A stretch of DNA of 64,000 nt, from NCBI GenBank assembly GCA_965370805.1, contig CBDUVZ010000001.1, positions 7,250 through 71,249 of the forward strand, given 5' to 3'. This document shows positions 9,163 through 17,695 of the stretch, piece by piece. Under the pieces are notes generated by a model. It saw nothing but the letters and a program-made list of their open reading frames with translations. It had not been told where the DNA came from and did not search any database. Position 1 is the stretch's first letter. Every line of letters begins with the position of its first letter. The position numbers were made by a program, and so were the translations under genes. Origin of the DNA: an uncultured bacterium (GTDB lineage: Bacteria > Hydrothermota > Tepidihabitantia > Tepidihabitantales > Tepidihabitantaceae).

Positions 9163-10371
9163 CTATGGTACGGCCCTGATTACCCGCAGGCCCCCGTCGC
9201 CGTCCGCTACAAAGGCGTAGCCCCCGGCCACCGCCACACCACGGGCATCACCCGGGGTGTCGCAATGGCCCACTTCGGACGGGTTCTGCGGGTCGGACAC
9301 GTCGACCACGCGCAGGCCGTCGTTGTAGTCCGCAACGTAGGCATAGTTCCCGGCCACCGCCACGCCCAAGGCAGAACCCGGGGTATCGTAGAAGCCAACT
9401 TCGGACGGATTCTGCGGGTCGGTCACGTCGACCACGCGCAGGCCGTCGTTGTAGTCCGCAACGTAGGCATAGTTCCCGGCCACCGCCACGCCACGGGCAT
9501 AATCCGGGGTATCGTAGAAGCCAACCTCGTCCGGATTCTGCGGGTCGGACACGTCAATCACCCGCAGGCCGCCGCCGCCGGCTGCTACGTAGGCGTAGCC
9601 CCCGGACACGGCCACGCCAACGGCAAGGCCCGGGGTATCGCAGAAGCCAACCTCGTCCGGATTCTGCGGGTCGGATACGTCAATCACCCGCAGGCCGCCG
9701 CCGGCTGCTACGTAGGCGCAGCCCCCGGCCACCGCCACGCCGCGGGCATAGCTCGGGGTGTCGCAGTGGCCCACTTCGGACGGATTCTGCGGGTCGGATA
9801 CATCGATCACGCGCAGGCCTGCCGAGCGTGCCGCCACGTAGGCGTAGTTCCCGGACACCGCCACACCACGGGCATCACCCGGGGTGTCGCAGAAGCCCTT
9901 TTCAGACGGGTTCTGCGGGTCGGACACGTCTATCACCCGCAGGCCTGAGTAGCCGTCCGCAACGTAGGCGTAGCCCCCGGCCACCGCCACACCATGGGCA
10001 TCACCCGGGGTGTCGCAGTAGCCGACGCCGTAGACAAACACAGCACTGCAGTTCAGGGTGGTCTCCCGGGAATTGCCACCCTTGTCGCGGGCCTCCGCAA
10101 CAAGCTGGTGGGAACCGGGGGAAAGCTGGATGGTGTCGGCGATATCGCCATTTCCATAAGTGGCGACGAGCACTCCGTCGACGTAGAGTTCCACCAACTC
10201 CAGGTTGGCGTCAGTGGCTTCAATCTCGACTCCAACGCGCACCAAAACCGTATCGCCATCTGCCGGCGAAATGAATCTCACCTCCGGCTGCGTGACGTCG
10301 AAGAAGTACTCGCAGCCGGCAAGCAGCAAGAGGATTGAAGCAAAAGGAAGCAAGTAACGGACTGCCTTCAT
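9163..10371 (-). CDS. LVIVD-repeat beta-propeller lipoprotein with an N-terminal Ig-like domain
   Basis: Start at [20 protein letters not shown] (lipobox). Eight repeats of [41 protein letters not shown] (LVIVD repeat, PF08309). Stop lies 6 bp before the caspase gene start. Confidence 0.75.
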   Translation of the reverse strand: MKAVRYLLPFASILLLLAGCEYFFDVTQPEVRFISPADGDTVLVRVGVEIEATDANLELVELYVDGVLVATYGNGDIADTIQLSPGSHQLVAEARDKGGNSRETTLNCSAVFVYGVGYCDTPGDAHGVAVAGGYAYVADGYSGLRVIDVSDPQNPSEKGFCDTPGDARGVAVSGNYAYVAARSAGLRVIDVSDPQNPSEVGHCDTPSYARGVAVAGGCAYVAAGGGLRVIDVSDPQNPDEVGFCDTPGLAVGVAVSGGYAYVAAGGGGLRVIDVSDPQNPDEVGFYDTPDYARGVAVAGNYAYVADYNDGLRVVDVTDPQNPSEVGFYDTPGSALGVAVAGNYAYVADYNDGLRVVDVSDPQNPSEVGHCDTPGDARGVAVAGGYAFVADGDGGLRVIRAVP

Positions 10372-10443
10372 CTGTTTACCCCGTCGGGAAACCGGCATCG
10401 ACAGAGTTGTTGCACTCCACAGATGGATGCAAGCTTCTCGTCC

Positions 10444-11001
10444 TCATTGAGCAGCCTCGTCCTGGACTTCCTGCCAAAGTTCCAACAGCGATTTGCGACG
10501 GCACCAGTTATTGATGTAGTTCTTGTCCAGTTTTCCGGCCTGAATCCGATAGACCCCCAGGGCATCTGAGTAATGCTTGTCAATATCAGATTTCTTGAAC
10601 CATTCCAGTTTGCTGACGATTACATCCTCGGGCATGGCAATCAGGACCTGAACGTCCTGGTACGGGTAGGCCGTCCGTCTTTGGAACGCCTCGTGGCCGT
10701 ACGCGTCGTCTTTGCGAAGCCAGAAGTCGACCTTCAACCCCGTGTCCTTATGAACGGCGTTGAACATACTGCCTTCCCGTAAAGCGGCTCTGATGGATTC
10801 GTCATCGATGAAGAAGTCCTGCTCGAACAGGGCCTTGACGCGCAAGATGTCCGTGGACGCAATGAGGATGACGATATCAATGTCATGCGTGGCTCGGGGA
10901 ACGCCGTGGTAGCTAACCGCAAGAGCCCCGGTCAGCATATAGGGGATGCCCGCTTCCTGCAGCCGGGCAACGACCTCCAGCCCCAGTGCCTCGAAAGTCA
11001 T
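10444..11001 (-). CDS. Nucleotidyltransferase-fold protein (MNT/AbiEii-like), candidate toxin-antitoxin-type component
   Basis: Motif LTGALAVSYHGVPRATHDIDIVI resembles the GS...D-x-D signature of minimal nucleotidyltransferases. Its start overlaps the stop of the upstream small ORF (ATGA). Confidence 0.45.
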   Translation of the reverse strand: MTFEALGLEVVARLQEAGIPYMLTGALAVSYHGVPRATHDIDIVILIASTDILRVKALFEQDFFIDDESIRAALREGSMFNAVHKDTGLKVDFWLRKDDAYGHEAFQRRTAYPYQDVQVLIAMPEDVIVSKLEWFKKSDIDKHYSDALGVYRIQAGKLDKNYINNWCRRKSLLELWQEVQDEAAQ

Positions 11002-11261
11002 GCCCGGTAGCTTTCCTTGAGTTGCTCGCGAACTTCCGGTTCGGACAGACCCGGATGCCGGTGGCGGATGCCGGCAATTACGAGCCGGGTCACGAAGTCG
11101 GAAATCTCGAAGCCGATTCGGAACCGCCGCTCGCCGGTCATCCGGCGCAGGACCTCGGTCTGCCGCGCATTCGGGGGTTCAACATAGGTGCCGGTGTCCA
11201 CCCGGGCCGGGCCGCCGCGCGCAGCTACTCGGTTCCTCCCCTGGCGCACTTGACGGTTCAT
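10998..11261 (-). CDS. Small hypothetical protein (87 aa) translationally coupled to the downstream nucleotidyltransferase-fold gene
   Basis: ORF with a 4-bp ATGA overlap. No recognisable family from sequence alone. Confidence 0.35.
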   Translation of the reverse strand: MNRQVRQGRNRVAARGGPARVDTGTYVEPPNARQTEVLRRMTGERRFRIGFEISDFVTRLVIAGIRHRHPGLSEPEVREQLKESYRA

Positions 11262-11397
11262 CCAGCCTTCCTCTCCTCAACCTCATGAGTCTTGCATCCA
11301 TCCTGCCCCTGATTCCCGGTGTCTGTTCGCAGCAGTAACGCCAGACGCTGAACGCTTGACCCGTAAGGCGTAGAGCGTAGGGCCTCACGCGTTGTCC

Positions 11398-12324
11398 TCA
11401 TCTCGACTCAATCAGAATAGATACCGACTTCTCGGAGTAGTTCGCACCCAGTGCGGCCGCCTGCGCGCGCAGGTTCTCAACCACCGAGGCCGGGTACACT
11501 TCCCTCATCGCTCGGTCGGTATCAAGCTCGCGGTCACATGCGACGAACTTCATCACTTCACGTTCACCGCCGCCGTACACGGCAGCACAACTCATCGAGC
11601 GTTTCTGTCCGGCCCGCAACTCACCCGAGTACTGCAGCACGAGTTTCCCGTTCCCGTAGAGGTTCAGGTAATAGACATAGCAGTCCTGGTTGGCCGAGAA
11701 CGTCACCTCCACCGTATCTCCTGCGCGATACCTGGCCTTGCTCTCCCGGACATCGAGGCTCAAATCGGAGTTGCTGAAATCCGAGGGCAGGTCGCGGTCG
11801 GCCAGCGCGGCAATCCGCTGCTGTTCTTCCTCGATGAACCGCTCCTCGACTTCACCCAGAACCCAGTAGCGATAGTACGTGTAGTCTCCGCCGCGAGACC
11901 GTTTCTCCCAGTACGTCTCGCGGACTTCGGAGCCCCGTGTGGATATCCGGATTACCGCCTCGGCCTCGGTTATCACCTTGCGCTGGGTCCGGTGCATTTC
12001 ATCCTGCAGCCGTTTGATTTCTTCCTTGTGCACCTCCACCAACAGACTGAAGTCCGCGCCAAGATACTCGGCGTAGCGCTGGAGCATGTCGGAGCCAGCG
12101 GCGGCCCGGGCCGATTTCCGCTTCAGGTCCTGTCCTTCACCGACAAAGCACCTGGCGCCGGGAACCCTGGGAGTTTTGAGTATCCATGAAGGCCGGGAAG
12201 GCGAACTTGTTTCTACCAGGACGTCCCGAGAAGGAGTGGGGTGAGTTCCGATGACAGGACCGGACGCGCACCCCACCCCGAGAACTGCAACAAAGAGTAA
12301 AAGAAGCAGAAGCCCGGGCTTCAC
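11398..12324 (-). CDS. Lipoprotein with a C-terminal DUF4384-like domain
   Basis: Lipobox LGVGC. C-terminal segment YRAGDTVEVTFSANQDCYVYYLNLYGNGKLVLQYSG fits the DUF4384 pattern (GDxV...DxYVY...G...L.P). The N-terminal domain is paralogous to the next gene. Confidence 0.5.
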   Translation of the reverse strand: MKPGLLLLLLFVAVLGVGCASGPVIGTHPTPSRDVLVETSSPSRPSWILKTPRVPGARCFVGEGQDLKRKSARAAAGSDMLQRYAEYLGADFSLLVEVHKEEIKRLQDEMHRTQRKVITEAEAVIRISTRGSEVRETYWEKRSRGGDYTYYRYWVLGEVEERFIEEEQQRIAALADRDLPSDFSNSDLSLDVRESKARYRAGDTVEVTFSANQDCYVYYLNLYGNGKLVLQYSGELRAGQKRSMSCAAVYGGGEREVMKFVACDRELDTDRAMREVYPASVVENLRAQAAALGANYSEKSVSILIESR

Positions 12325-12956
12325 TCCTCCACTTCCTCCTTGAGTTCCTGCTCGGCCTTCTTGGATTCCCAGTGCTGCTGGAACACGTCATTGACCCGGT
12401 CAATCTGGTCCTGGGCCATGTTCCATTCCGTCTGCTTTCTCTTCGTGTAGTCGTTGAACGATTCCATGACCTGCTCATCGGGTAGAAGCAGCTTGGCGAA
12501 AGTCCGGTAGTAGACCTCGCCGGTTGAAGCCGATTTCCACTGCTCGGCGTAGAACTTGACTACTTTGGTCTGCTGGACAACAGCCTGGGAAACCATCTCT
12601 GTGTAGCCGCGAGCCGCTACTGAGGGATTGAACACCCCACTTTCGAGCCCGAGTTCGGACACGATTCTCTCAAACGTCTCCTTGGCCGCAGTCTCCAGGT
12701 ATCTGACCGCCCTGAGTCTTGACTCGCGTTCCGCGTCGTCCCTGGCGCCTTTCTCATCCGCATACTTGTGAGAAAGACCCACGAAGTACTGGATGCCTTC
12801 ACTGACATAGGGCTCCTCGTAGCCCCAGGAAGGCCGGGGACTCTCGGAAGACCAGAGAAGCTGGTCCCCGGTCGGTGCCTTGATGGTCTGCTTCTTTCCG
12901 CAGAAGAGCGTCAAGAGCACAAACGCTGCCACGATGATCTTCAGTGTACGTATCAC
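12321..12956 (-). CDS. Lipoprotein, paralog of the upstream gene over its N-terminal domain (SPRPSW....YFVG motif)
   Basis: GTG start at 12954-12956 with an AAGGAGG RBS (reverse). Lipobox LTLFCG. Shared motif with 11398..12324. Confidence 0.5.
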   Translation of the reverse strand: MIRTLKIIVAAFVLLTLFCGKKQTIKAPTGDQLLWSSESPRPSWGYEEPYVSEGIQYFVGLSHKYADEKGARDDAERESRLRAVRYLETAAKETFERIVSELGLESGVFNPSVAARGYTEMVSQAVVQQTKVVKFYAEQWKSASTGEVYYRTFAKLLLPDEQVMESFNDYTKRKQTEWNMAQDQIDRVNDVFQQHWESKKAEQELKEEVEE

Positions 12957-12975
12957 TGAACCTCCTTTGCCGGAG

Positions 12976-13003
12976 AAGCTACATCAGCCGCCATTGATGT
13001 CAA
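12976..13003 (-). promoter_or_regulatory. Sigma70-like promoter for the lipoprotein gene, reverse strand: TTGACA, 16-nt spacer, TAGCTT
   Basis: Hexamers read on the reverse strand at 12998-13003 (-35) and 12976-12981 (-10). The conserved upstream motif lies at 13019-13050. Confidence 0.45.
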
Positions 13004-13018
13004 GCCCAAACCTTTGCC

Positions 13019-13050
13019 CCGAGAACCGACATAGGAATCTCACCACAAAG
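13019..13050 (-). promoter_or_regulatory. Conserved 32-nt upstream motif, copy A (reverse strand CTTTGTGGTGAGATTCCTATGTCGGTTCTCGG) lying 15 nt 5' of the -35 box
   Basis: 30 of 32 nt identical to copy B at 19824-19855. The core ATTyCyATGTCGGTTyTCGG is shared with copy C at 37364-37383. Confidence 0.5.
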
Positions 13051-13516
13051 ACAGAGGAGACAACCGCCAAGGTCGCCGAGTGCGCCAAGGTTGAGGACCG
13101 GAGCGGAAGCGGATGGGCTGATGTTCTTTGTCCCTGGTGGCGAGTTTCTGATTCCGGGTCGGTTAATCAGCCGGACTGGCGGTTTTGGTATCGGCTGACG
13201 CATCGAAGTTGGAATCGGAGAGCCGGTCGAACAGAGTATCGGAGAGTAGGTTGGAGTCAGACTCGAAGCGTCCAGCGAACGGCCAATCGAACGGATGTTC
13301 GGACTGAATCGGGAAGAGTAGAGCGGCGAAGCAAGGGGAGCGATTGCCGAACGTGAACGGGAATGTCGCGACGAAGCAGGAATCGTCCTCAACCCGGACC
13401 TGAGAAGCGGTGGTTCAGGGGAAGAACGTAGGCAACATCCTGGGCGGGGGAGGGGGTTTTAGCGGGAACCGGCTAACAGACTATGAGTGAAGAGGTTACG
13501 CGGTAGTCCGGCTTGT

Positions 13517-13546
13517 GGGCAATGGGACAATATCGTCCCATTGCCC
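13517..13546 (-). terminator. Perfect 12-bp inverted repeat GGGCAATGGGAC-aatatc-GTCCCATTGCCC immediately downstream of the ribF stop
   Basis: Direct reading. Lies 8 nt past the ribF stop codon on the reverse strand. No U-tract, so the call is hairpin terminator-like only. Confidence 0.45.
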
Positions 13547-13553
13547 GCCGTCC

Positions 13554-14468
13554 CTATTCTGCGTCTTCGGGCAGGAGGCGGCGGGCTTTTTCGGCGTCGG
13601 ACTGTATCTGGCGGGCCAGGGTCTGCGGGTCGGGGAACTTACGTTCCGGCCGGAGCCGGTCGACGAACTGAATTGTGGCCTGGGACGGCGGGGCGGGCAG
13701 GTCGTAGTCGAACAGGTGGGCTTCGATTGTGCGGGTCTCCCCATGGAACGTGGGTCGGTGGCCGATGTTCAGCACCGCGGGCCGGCGCGTGCCGTGGATA
13801 TCGACCAGCACGGCGTAGACTCCGTCCGCGGGGACGAGTTTCTCTTTTTCCGGGACCTGGATGTTGAGGGTCGGGAATCCGATGTGACGGCCGGTTCCGG
13901 TTCCGGTGACCACCCGGCCGCCAAGGCGGTAGTAGCGACCGAGCAGTTCGGACGCGCGCCGGACGTGGCCGAGCAGCAGCCGTTCTCTTATCCTGGTGCT
14001 GCGCACCGGGGCGTCGAAGAGAGTGAATTCAGGCACGACTTCGAGTTCGATGCCCAGGGGCTTGAGTACTCGCTCGAGCAGCGACGTGTCGCCCCGTCCC
14101 TTGTGGCCGAACCGGTGATCGTGACCGGTGACGACCGCGGCCGGTCGGGTGGGCAGGATTTCACGGGCGATGAACTGCTCCGGTTCGGTGCGCCGGGTTG
14201 CTTCGTTGAACCGGACGACCTGGACTGTTTCGACGCCGAGTTCGAGCAGCAGGCCGACTTTCTCCGGAAGCGGGGTCAGGACATAGGTGAAATCCGGATG
14301 AACCAGTTGGGCCGGGAGCGGGTCGCAGGTGAGCACCGCGGTCGTTGCGTTCAGAGTCGTCGCCAGTTCGTGGGCCCGGGCGAGAATCTGCCGGTGGCCG
14401 AGGTGGACTCCGTCAAAGCTGCCGAGTGCCAGGACCCGCTTGCGGCGCGGGTCGATGTCAGTCGGCAT
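13554..14468 (-). CDS. ribF: Bifunctional riboflavin kinase / FMN adenylyltransferase
   Basis: N-terminal GSFDGVHLGH (nucleotidyltransferase) and C-terminal riboflavin kinase domain (TGxGxGRxxGFPTxN). Confidence 0.9.
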   Translation of the reverse strand: MPTDIDPRRKRVLALGSFDGVHLGHRQILARAHELATTLNATTAVLTCDPLPAQLVHPDFTYVLTPLPEKVGLLLELGVETVQVVRFNEATRRTEPEQFIAREILPTRPAAVVTGHDHRFGHKGRGDTSLLERVLKPLGIELEVVPEFTLFDAPVRSTRIRERLLLGHVRRASELLGRYYRLGGRVVTGTGTGRHIGFPTLNIQVPEKEKLVPADGVYAVLVDIHGTRRPAVLNIGHRPTFHGETRTIEAHLFDYDLPAPPSQATIQFVDRLRPERKFPDPQTLARQIQSDAEKARRLLPEDAE

Positions 14469-15345
14469 GGATTATCCTCACCGGTTTGACGGCGTCTTCC
14501 CGGACCGCGACCAGGGCCAGGAACTTGCGGTCGGCGGTGACGGCGAGCACGTACTCGGCCGGCGGCGCTTCGGGGTTCCTGATTGTCTGACCCTGGAGCA
14601 GGCGGCGGGCGAGTTCGGGCGAGACCGTGAACCGGGGCAGGTCAGGCAGGGCCTGTTCAATCGGCACCAGGTTTTCGACGATTCGCTCGGGAGCTTTCGG
14701 GTCGAGTATGAGTTGCCGGAGCGGCACCGCTTGTTCGAGAGTGAATCGTCCGGAGCGGGTCCTGGTGAGTCCGGCCAGGGTAGCGTTGGTGCCCGCGGCT
14801 TGTCCCAGGTCCCGGGCCAGGGCCCGGATGTACGTGCCGGCGGAAACCGCAGCGAGAAACCGGACGCGCGGAGGGTTCCATTCGATGAGTTCGAGCTTGT
14901 GAACAGTGACGCTGCGGGGTTCGGGCTGGACCTTGATTCCTTTGCGGGCCAGCCGGTAGAGTGGAACCCCGTTCCTCTTGAGCGCCGAGAATGCGGGCGG
15001 GATTTGTTGAATCGGGCCGGTGAACCCGGCAAGCAGGCTGCGGATCTTCTCCTCGGACATGTCCGGAACCGGGCTCTCGGCGATTGCCGTGCCGGAGACG
15101 TCGTCGGTGTCGGTCCGGATACCGAACAGCAGTTCGGCTTCGTATTCCTTGGCGGAGCCGGCAAGGAAGCGGCTTATTTTCGTTGCTTCGCCGACGAGAA
15201 TCAGTAGAACCCCGGCGGCAAGCGGGTCAAGGGTTCCGGCGTGGCCGAGCGGAGGGGCGTCGGGGCCCAGGACGGTCTTCAAGCGCCGGATGACGTCATA
15301 GGATGTCATTCCGGACGGCTTGTTGACGTTCAGGACTCCGCGCAT
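14458..15345 (-). CDS. truB: tRNA pseudouridine(55) synthase
   Basis: GMTSYDVIRRLK...GHAGTLDPLAAGVLLIL motif with the catalytic Asp. Synteny with rbfA upstream and ribF downstream. Confidence 0.9.
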   Translation of the reverse strand: MRGVLNVNKPSGMTSYDVIRRLKTVLGPDAPPLGHAGTLDPLAAGVLLILVGEATKISRFLAGSAKEYEAELLFGIRTDTDDVSGTAIAESPVPDMSEEKIRSLLAGFTGPIQQIPPAFSALKRNGVPLYRLARKGIKVQPEPRSVTVHKLELIEWNPPRVRFLAAVSAGTYIRALARDLGQAAGTNATLAGLTRTRSGRFTLEQAVPLRQLILDPKAPERIVENLVPIEQALPDLPRFTVSPELARRLLQGQTIRNPEAPPAEYVLAVTADRKFLALVAVREDAVKPVRIIHAD

Positions 15346-15351
15346 CCGCTG

Positions 15352-15780
15352 TCAGGGACTCGGGCTTCCATCAGGCTGCTCCGAAGATGCGGTGTCCTCA
15401 GATTCGGGCTGAGGCCCGTCGGGAAAGAGGTCGTCGAGGATGGTGCCAACGCGCCGTTCATGATCGAGGGTCTCGTCCCGCTGGAACCGGAGCTCGGGCA
15501 GATACCGGAGCTTGACATGCTGGTGGAGGTGGCGGCGGATGAATCCGCGAGCATGTTCGAGTGCCTTGAAGCCTTTGTCCTGTTGCTTCGCGTCTCCCAG
15601 GATGGAGAAGTAGACCGTCGCCGTTTTCAGGTCGCGGCTGACGTGGGCCCGGGTGACGGTCACGAAGCCGACAGCGGGGTCGGCGAGTTCGGTGAGCACG
15701 ATTTCGGCGACAGCGTCCCGGATTGCGTCGGCAACGCGTCGGTCGCGGTATTGCATTGCACGGAATTGTAGGCCGCTCAT
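15352..15780 (-). CDS. rbfA: Ribosome-binding factor A
   Basis: RbfA-like sequence RRVADAIRDAVAEIVLTELADPAVGFVTVTRAHVSRDLKTATVYFS. Start taken at ATG 15778-15780; an alternative start is 15756. The longer tracked ORF adds a non-conserved N-terminal extension. Confidence 0.8.
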   Translation of the reverse strand: MSGLQFRAMQYRDRRVADAIRDAVAEIVLTELADPAVGFVTVTRAHVSRDLKTATVYFSILGDAKQQDKGFKALEHARGFIRRHLHQHVKLRYLPELRFQRDETLDHERRVGTILDDLFPDGPQPESEDTASSEQPDGSPSP

Positions 15781-15848
15781 CGCCGGCTGTAAAGCGGAAT
15801 CGCGATGTCCGGGGTTGACCTTGCCGGGTTGATTGGCTAGATTCGGGT

Positions 15849-17033
15849 ATGCGCCGGGTACTGCTATTCTGTCTGTTGCCGGTTGTTGCCGGGATGCTTG
15901 CCTGTTGTTGCTACACGTCGGGTGGCGCTTCATACCGGCGAAGAGGGGCCGGTCCGACCGGGCGCGAGCCGACCGTGAGGGTCAGGCTGACCGCGGCCGG
16001 TGCGGCCGCCACGGTGAGTTCGAGCGCCGGGCTGGTGCTTGCCGGCGGCAGGAGCGAGAAGCGGGTCGGTTCCGGGCAGAAGGTGCAAGTCGCATCCGAC
16101 CGGGGCGTGGCGGTCACGATTGACGGCAGGCTCTGGCAGCGGGTGAGCGATACGCTCGAATGCCGGGCAGGTGCGGGTGGAGCGATACGGGTCGGCAGCA
16201 GGGAGTACCGGGGCGAACTGCGGGTATTCGTGTCCGGCGGGGAACTGGTGGTGGTGAATGTCCTGCCGCTCGATGAGTATCTCTATGGTGTTGTGCCGTG
16301 CGAAATCGGACCGATCAACCGGCAGACGTTTGAGGCGGTCAAAGCCCAGGCGGTCGCGGCCCGGACGTTCACTATTTCGCGGTTCGCCCGGCGCAAAGGG
16401 CTGGGCCATGAACTGTTCGATACCTTTCGCCGGGACCAGGAGTACCGCGGAAAGGGCCGCGAAACCGAGTTGGGACGTACGGCCGTGGATGACACGCGGG
16501 GCGAAGTGCTGGAGTACGGCGGCAAGGTCATCGAGGCGCTGTACCACGCCAATTGCGGCGGAGTCACGAATAGCGGGTCCCAGCCCTATCTGAAGAGCGT
16601 CCGGGATACGCCCGGACACCGGGGAGGCAGGAGGTCGTTTTGCGCCGGGAGCAAGCATTACGAATGGGGAACTTCTTTCTCAAGGGAGGATTTCGAGAAC
16701 CGGCTCGGCAGTCTGGTTGGTACCGGCGGCCGGGTCCGCGTGCGCAGTTGCCGGGCGGAGAAAAAGGGGGAACGGGTTTCGAAGCTGCATTTCGCGACCG
16801 ACCGGGGTCAGTTCACGATCGCGGGGACGGATTTCCGGATGGGGTTGGGACTGAAGTCAACGTTGTTCAAGATGAAGCTCGGCAGGAGCAAAGTGACGCT
16901 GACCGGTCGGGGCTGGGGGCACGGTTCCGGTATGTGCCAGGACGGTGCTGTTGAGATGTCGCGGAAGGGGTACGGACACCGGCAGATCCTGCTGCACTAC
17001 TACTCCGGGGTGAAAGTCCGTCGGTACTACTAG
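15849..17033 (+). CDS. SpoIID/LytB domain protein (amidase enhancer-like)
   Basis: Conserved SpoIID core (VNVLPLDEYLYGVVPCEI... ALYHANCGG ...). Signal peptide. Confidence 0.8.
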   Translation: MRRVLLFCLLPVVAGMLACCCYTSGGASYRRRGAGPTGREPTVRVRLTAAGAAATVSSSAGLVLAGGRSEKRVGSGQKVQVASDRGVAVTIDGRLWQRVSDTLECRAGAGGAIRVGSREYRGELRVFVSGGELVVVNVLPLDEYLYGVVPCEIGPINRQTFEAVKAQAVAARTFTISRFARRKGLGHELFDTFRRDQEYRGKGRETELGRTAVDDTRGEVLEYGGKVIEALYHANCGGVTNSGSQPYLKSVRDTPGHRGGRRSFCAGSKHYEWGTSFSREDFENRLGSLVGTGGRVRVRSCRAEKKGERVSKLHFATDRGQFTIAGTDFRMGLGLKSTLFKMKLGRSKVTLTGRGWGHGSGMCQDGAVEMSRKGYGHRQILLHYYSGVKVRRYY

Positions 17034-17581
17034 TCGGCGATGAAGACCGCGGCTGCGACGACACTCGTCCAGATGCCGCGCTTGTCACCGATGGCGCTCT
17101 GGGTTGTGTTCTGAGTGCGAACGATTTTGCCTGATATCCGCCAGATTTCTTTGCGCTCGTCGTAGCTCGTGTCGGGATTGAAGCGGACCCCGAGCGTCGT
17201 GGCGAGCATCTGAGCCGCCAGGTCCTCAGCGTAATCGCCGGCTTGCCGCACGCGCTCGCCGAAGGAATGGTATTCGGAGAGGTAGCCAAACTGGGAGGGC
17301 TCTTTCGGCACCGCCACACCGATCGAGGCGGAGAGCAGGCGATGGGGTTCATTCGTGGCGTTGTCGCTCATGACGGTGAACAGCACTTGACCGGGCGTGA
17401 GCGTTTCCAGGGCGCGCCGTCGGGAAATTATCCGGCAGTGAGGCGGAAGGATTGAGGAGACGCGGACCAGGTTGAAGGAGGCGATACCGGCGTTGCGCAG
17501 GGCGGCTTCGAAGCTCGCCAGTTTCTCCCGGTGGCGGCCGACACCTTTGGTGAGGAAGAGCCTGCTGGGGAGGATTTTCAT
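17030..17581 (-). CDS. pdaD: Pyruvoyl-dependent arginine decarboxylase
   Basis: MKILPSRLFLTKGVGRHREKLASFEAALRNAGIASFNLVRVSSILPP is the characteristic PdaD N-terminus including the Ser processing site. Confidence 0.85.
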   Translation of the reverse strand: MKILPSRLFLTKGVGRHREKLASFEAALRNAGIASFNLVRVSSILPPHCRIISRRRALETLTPGQVLFTVMSDNATNEPHRLLSASIGVAVPKEPSQFGYLSEYHSFGERVRQAGDYAEDLAAQMLATTLGVRFNPDTSYDERKEIWRISGKIVRTQNTTQSAIGDKRGIWTSVVAAAVFIAD

Positions 17582-17622
17582 CCGCTGTCAGCGCCCTTCG
17601 GGCCGAGGGTTCATGACTGGAA

Positions 17623-17695
17623 TGGAGCAGACCAGGGTTGAACTGGCGGCCTCCAGAGTGCGATTCTGGCGCTCTCCCAACTGAGCTACTGCCCC
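17623..17695 (-). tRNA. tRNA-Ala (anticodon CGC)
   Basis: Hand-folded cloverleaf: acceptor GGGGCAG/CTGCTCC with a G3:U70 pair, D arm GCTC-AGTTGGGA-GAGC, anticodon loop ATCGCAC, T arm GCCAG-TTCAACC-CTGGT, discriminator A. No CCA is encoded. Confidence 0.85.

Noticed and set aside
9163-10398. Tracked start of the LVIVD gene at 10398 (MPVSRRGKQ...)
   Set aside because: The internal ATG at 10369-10371 gives a canonical lipoprotein signal peptide ([20 protein letters not shown]), so the upstream extension is unlikely.
13515-14489. 324-aa plus-strand ORF, and 14329..15207, antisense to ribF/truB
   Set aside because: The opposite strand encodes well-conserved RibF and TruB; these are GC-frame artefacts.
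15930-16658. 242-aa minus-strand ORF inside the SpoIID gene
   Set aside because: Antisense to the conserved SpoIID domain. Low-complexity product.
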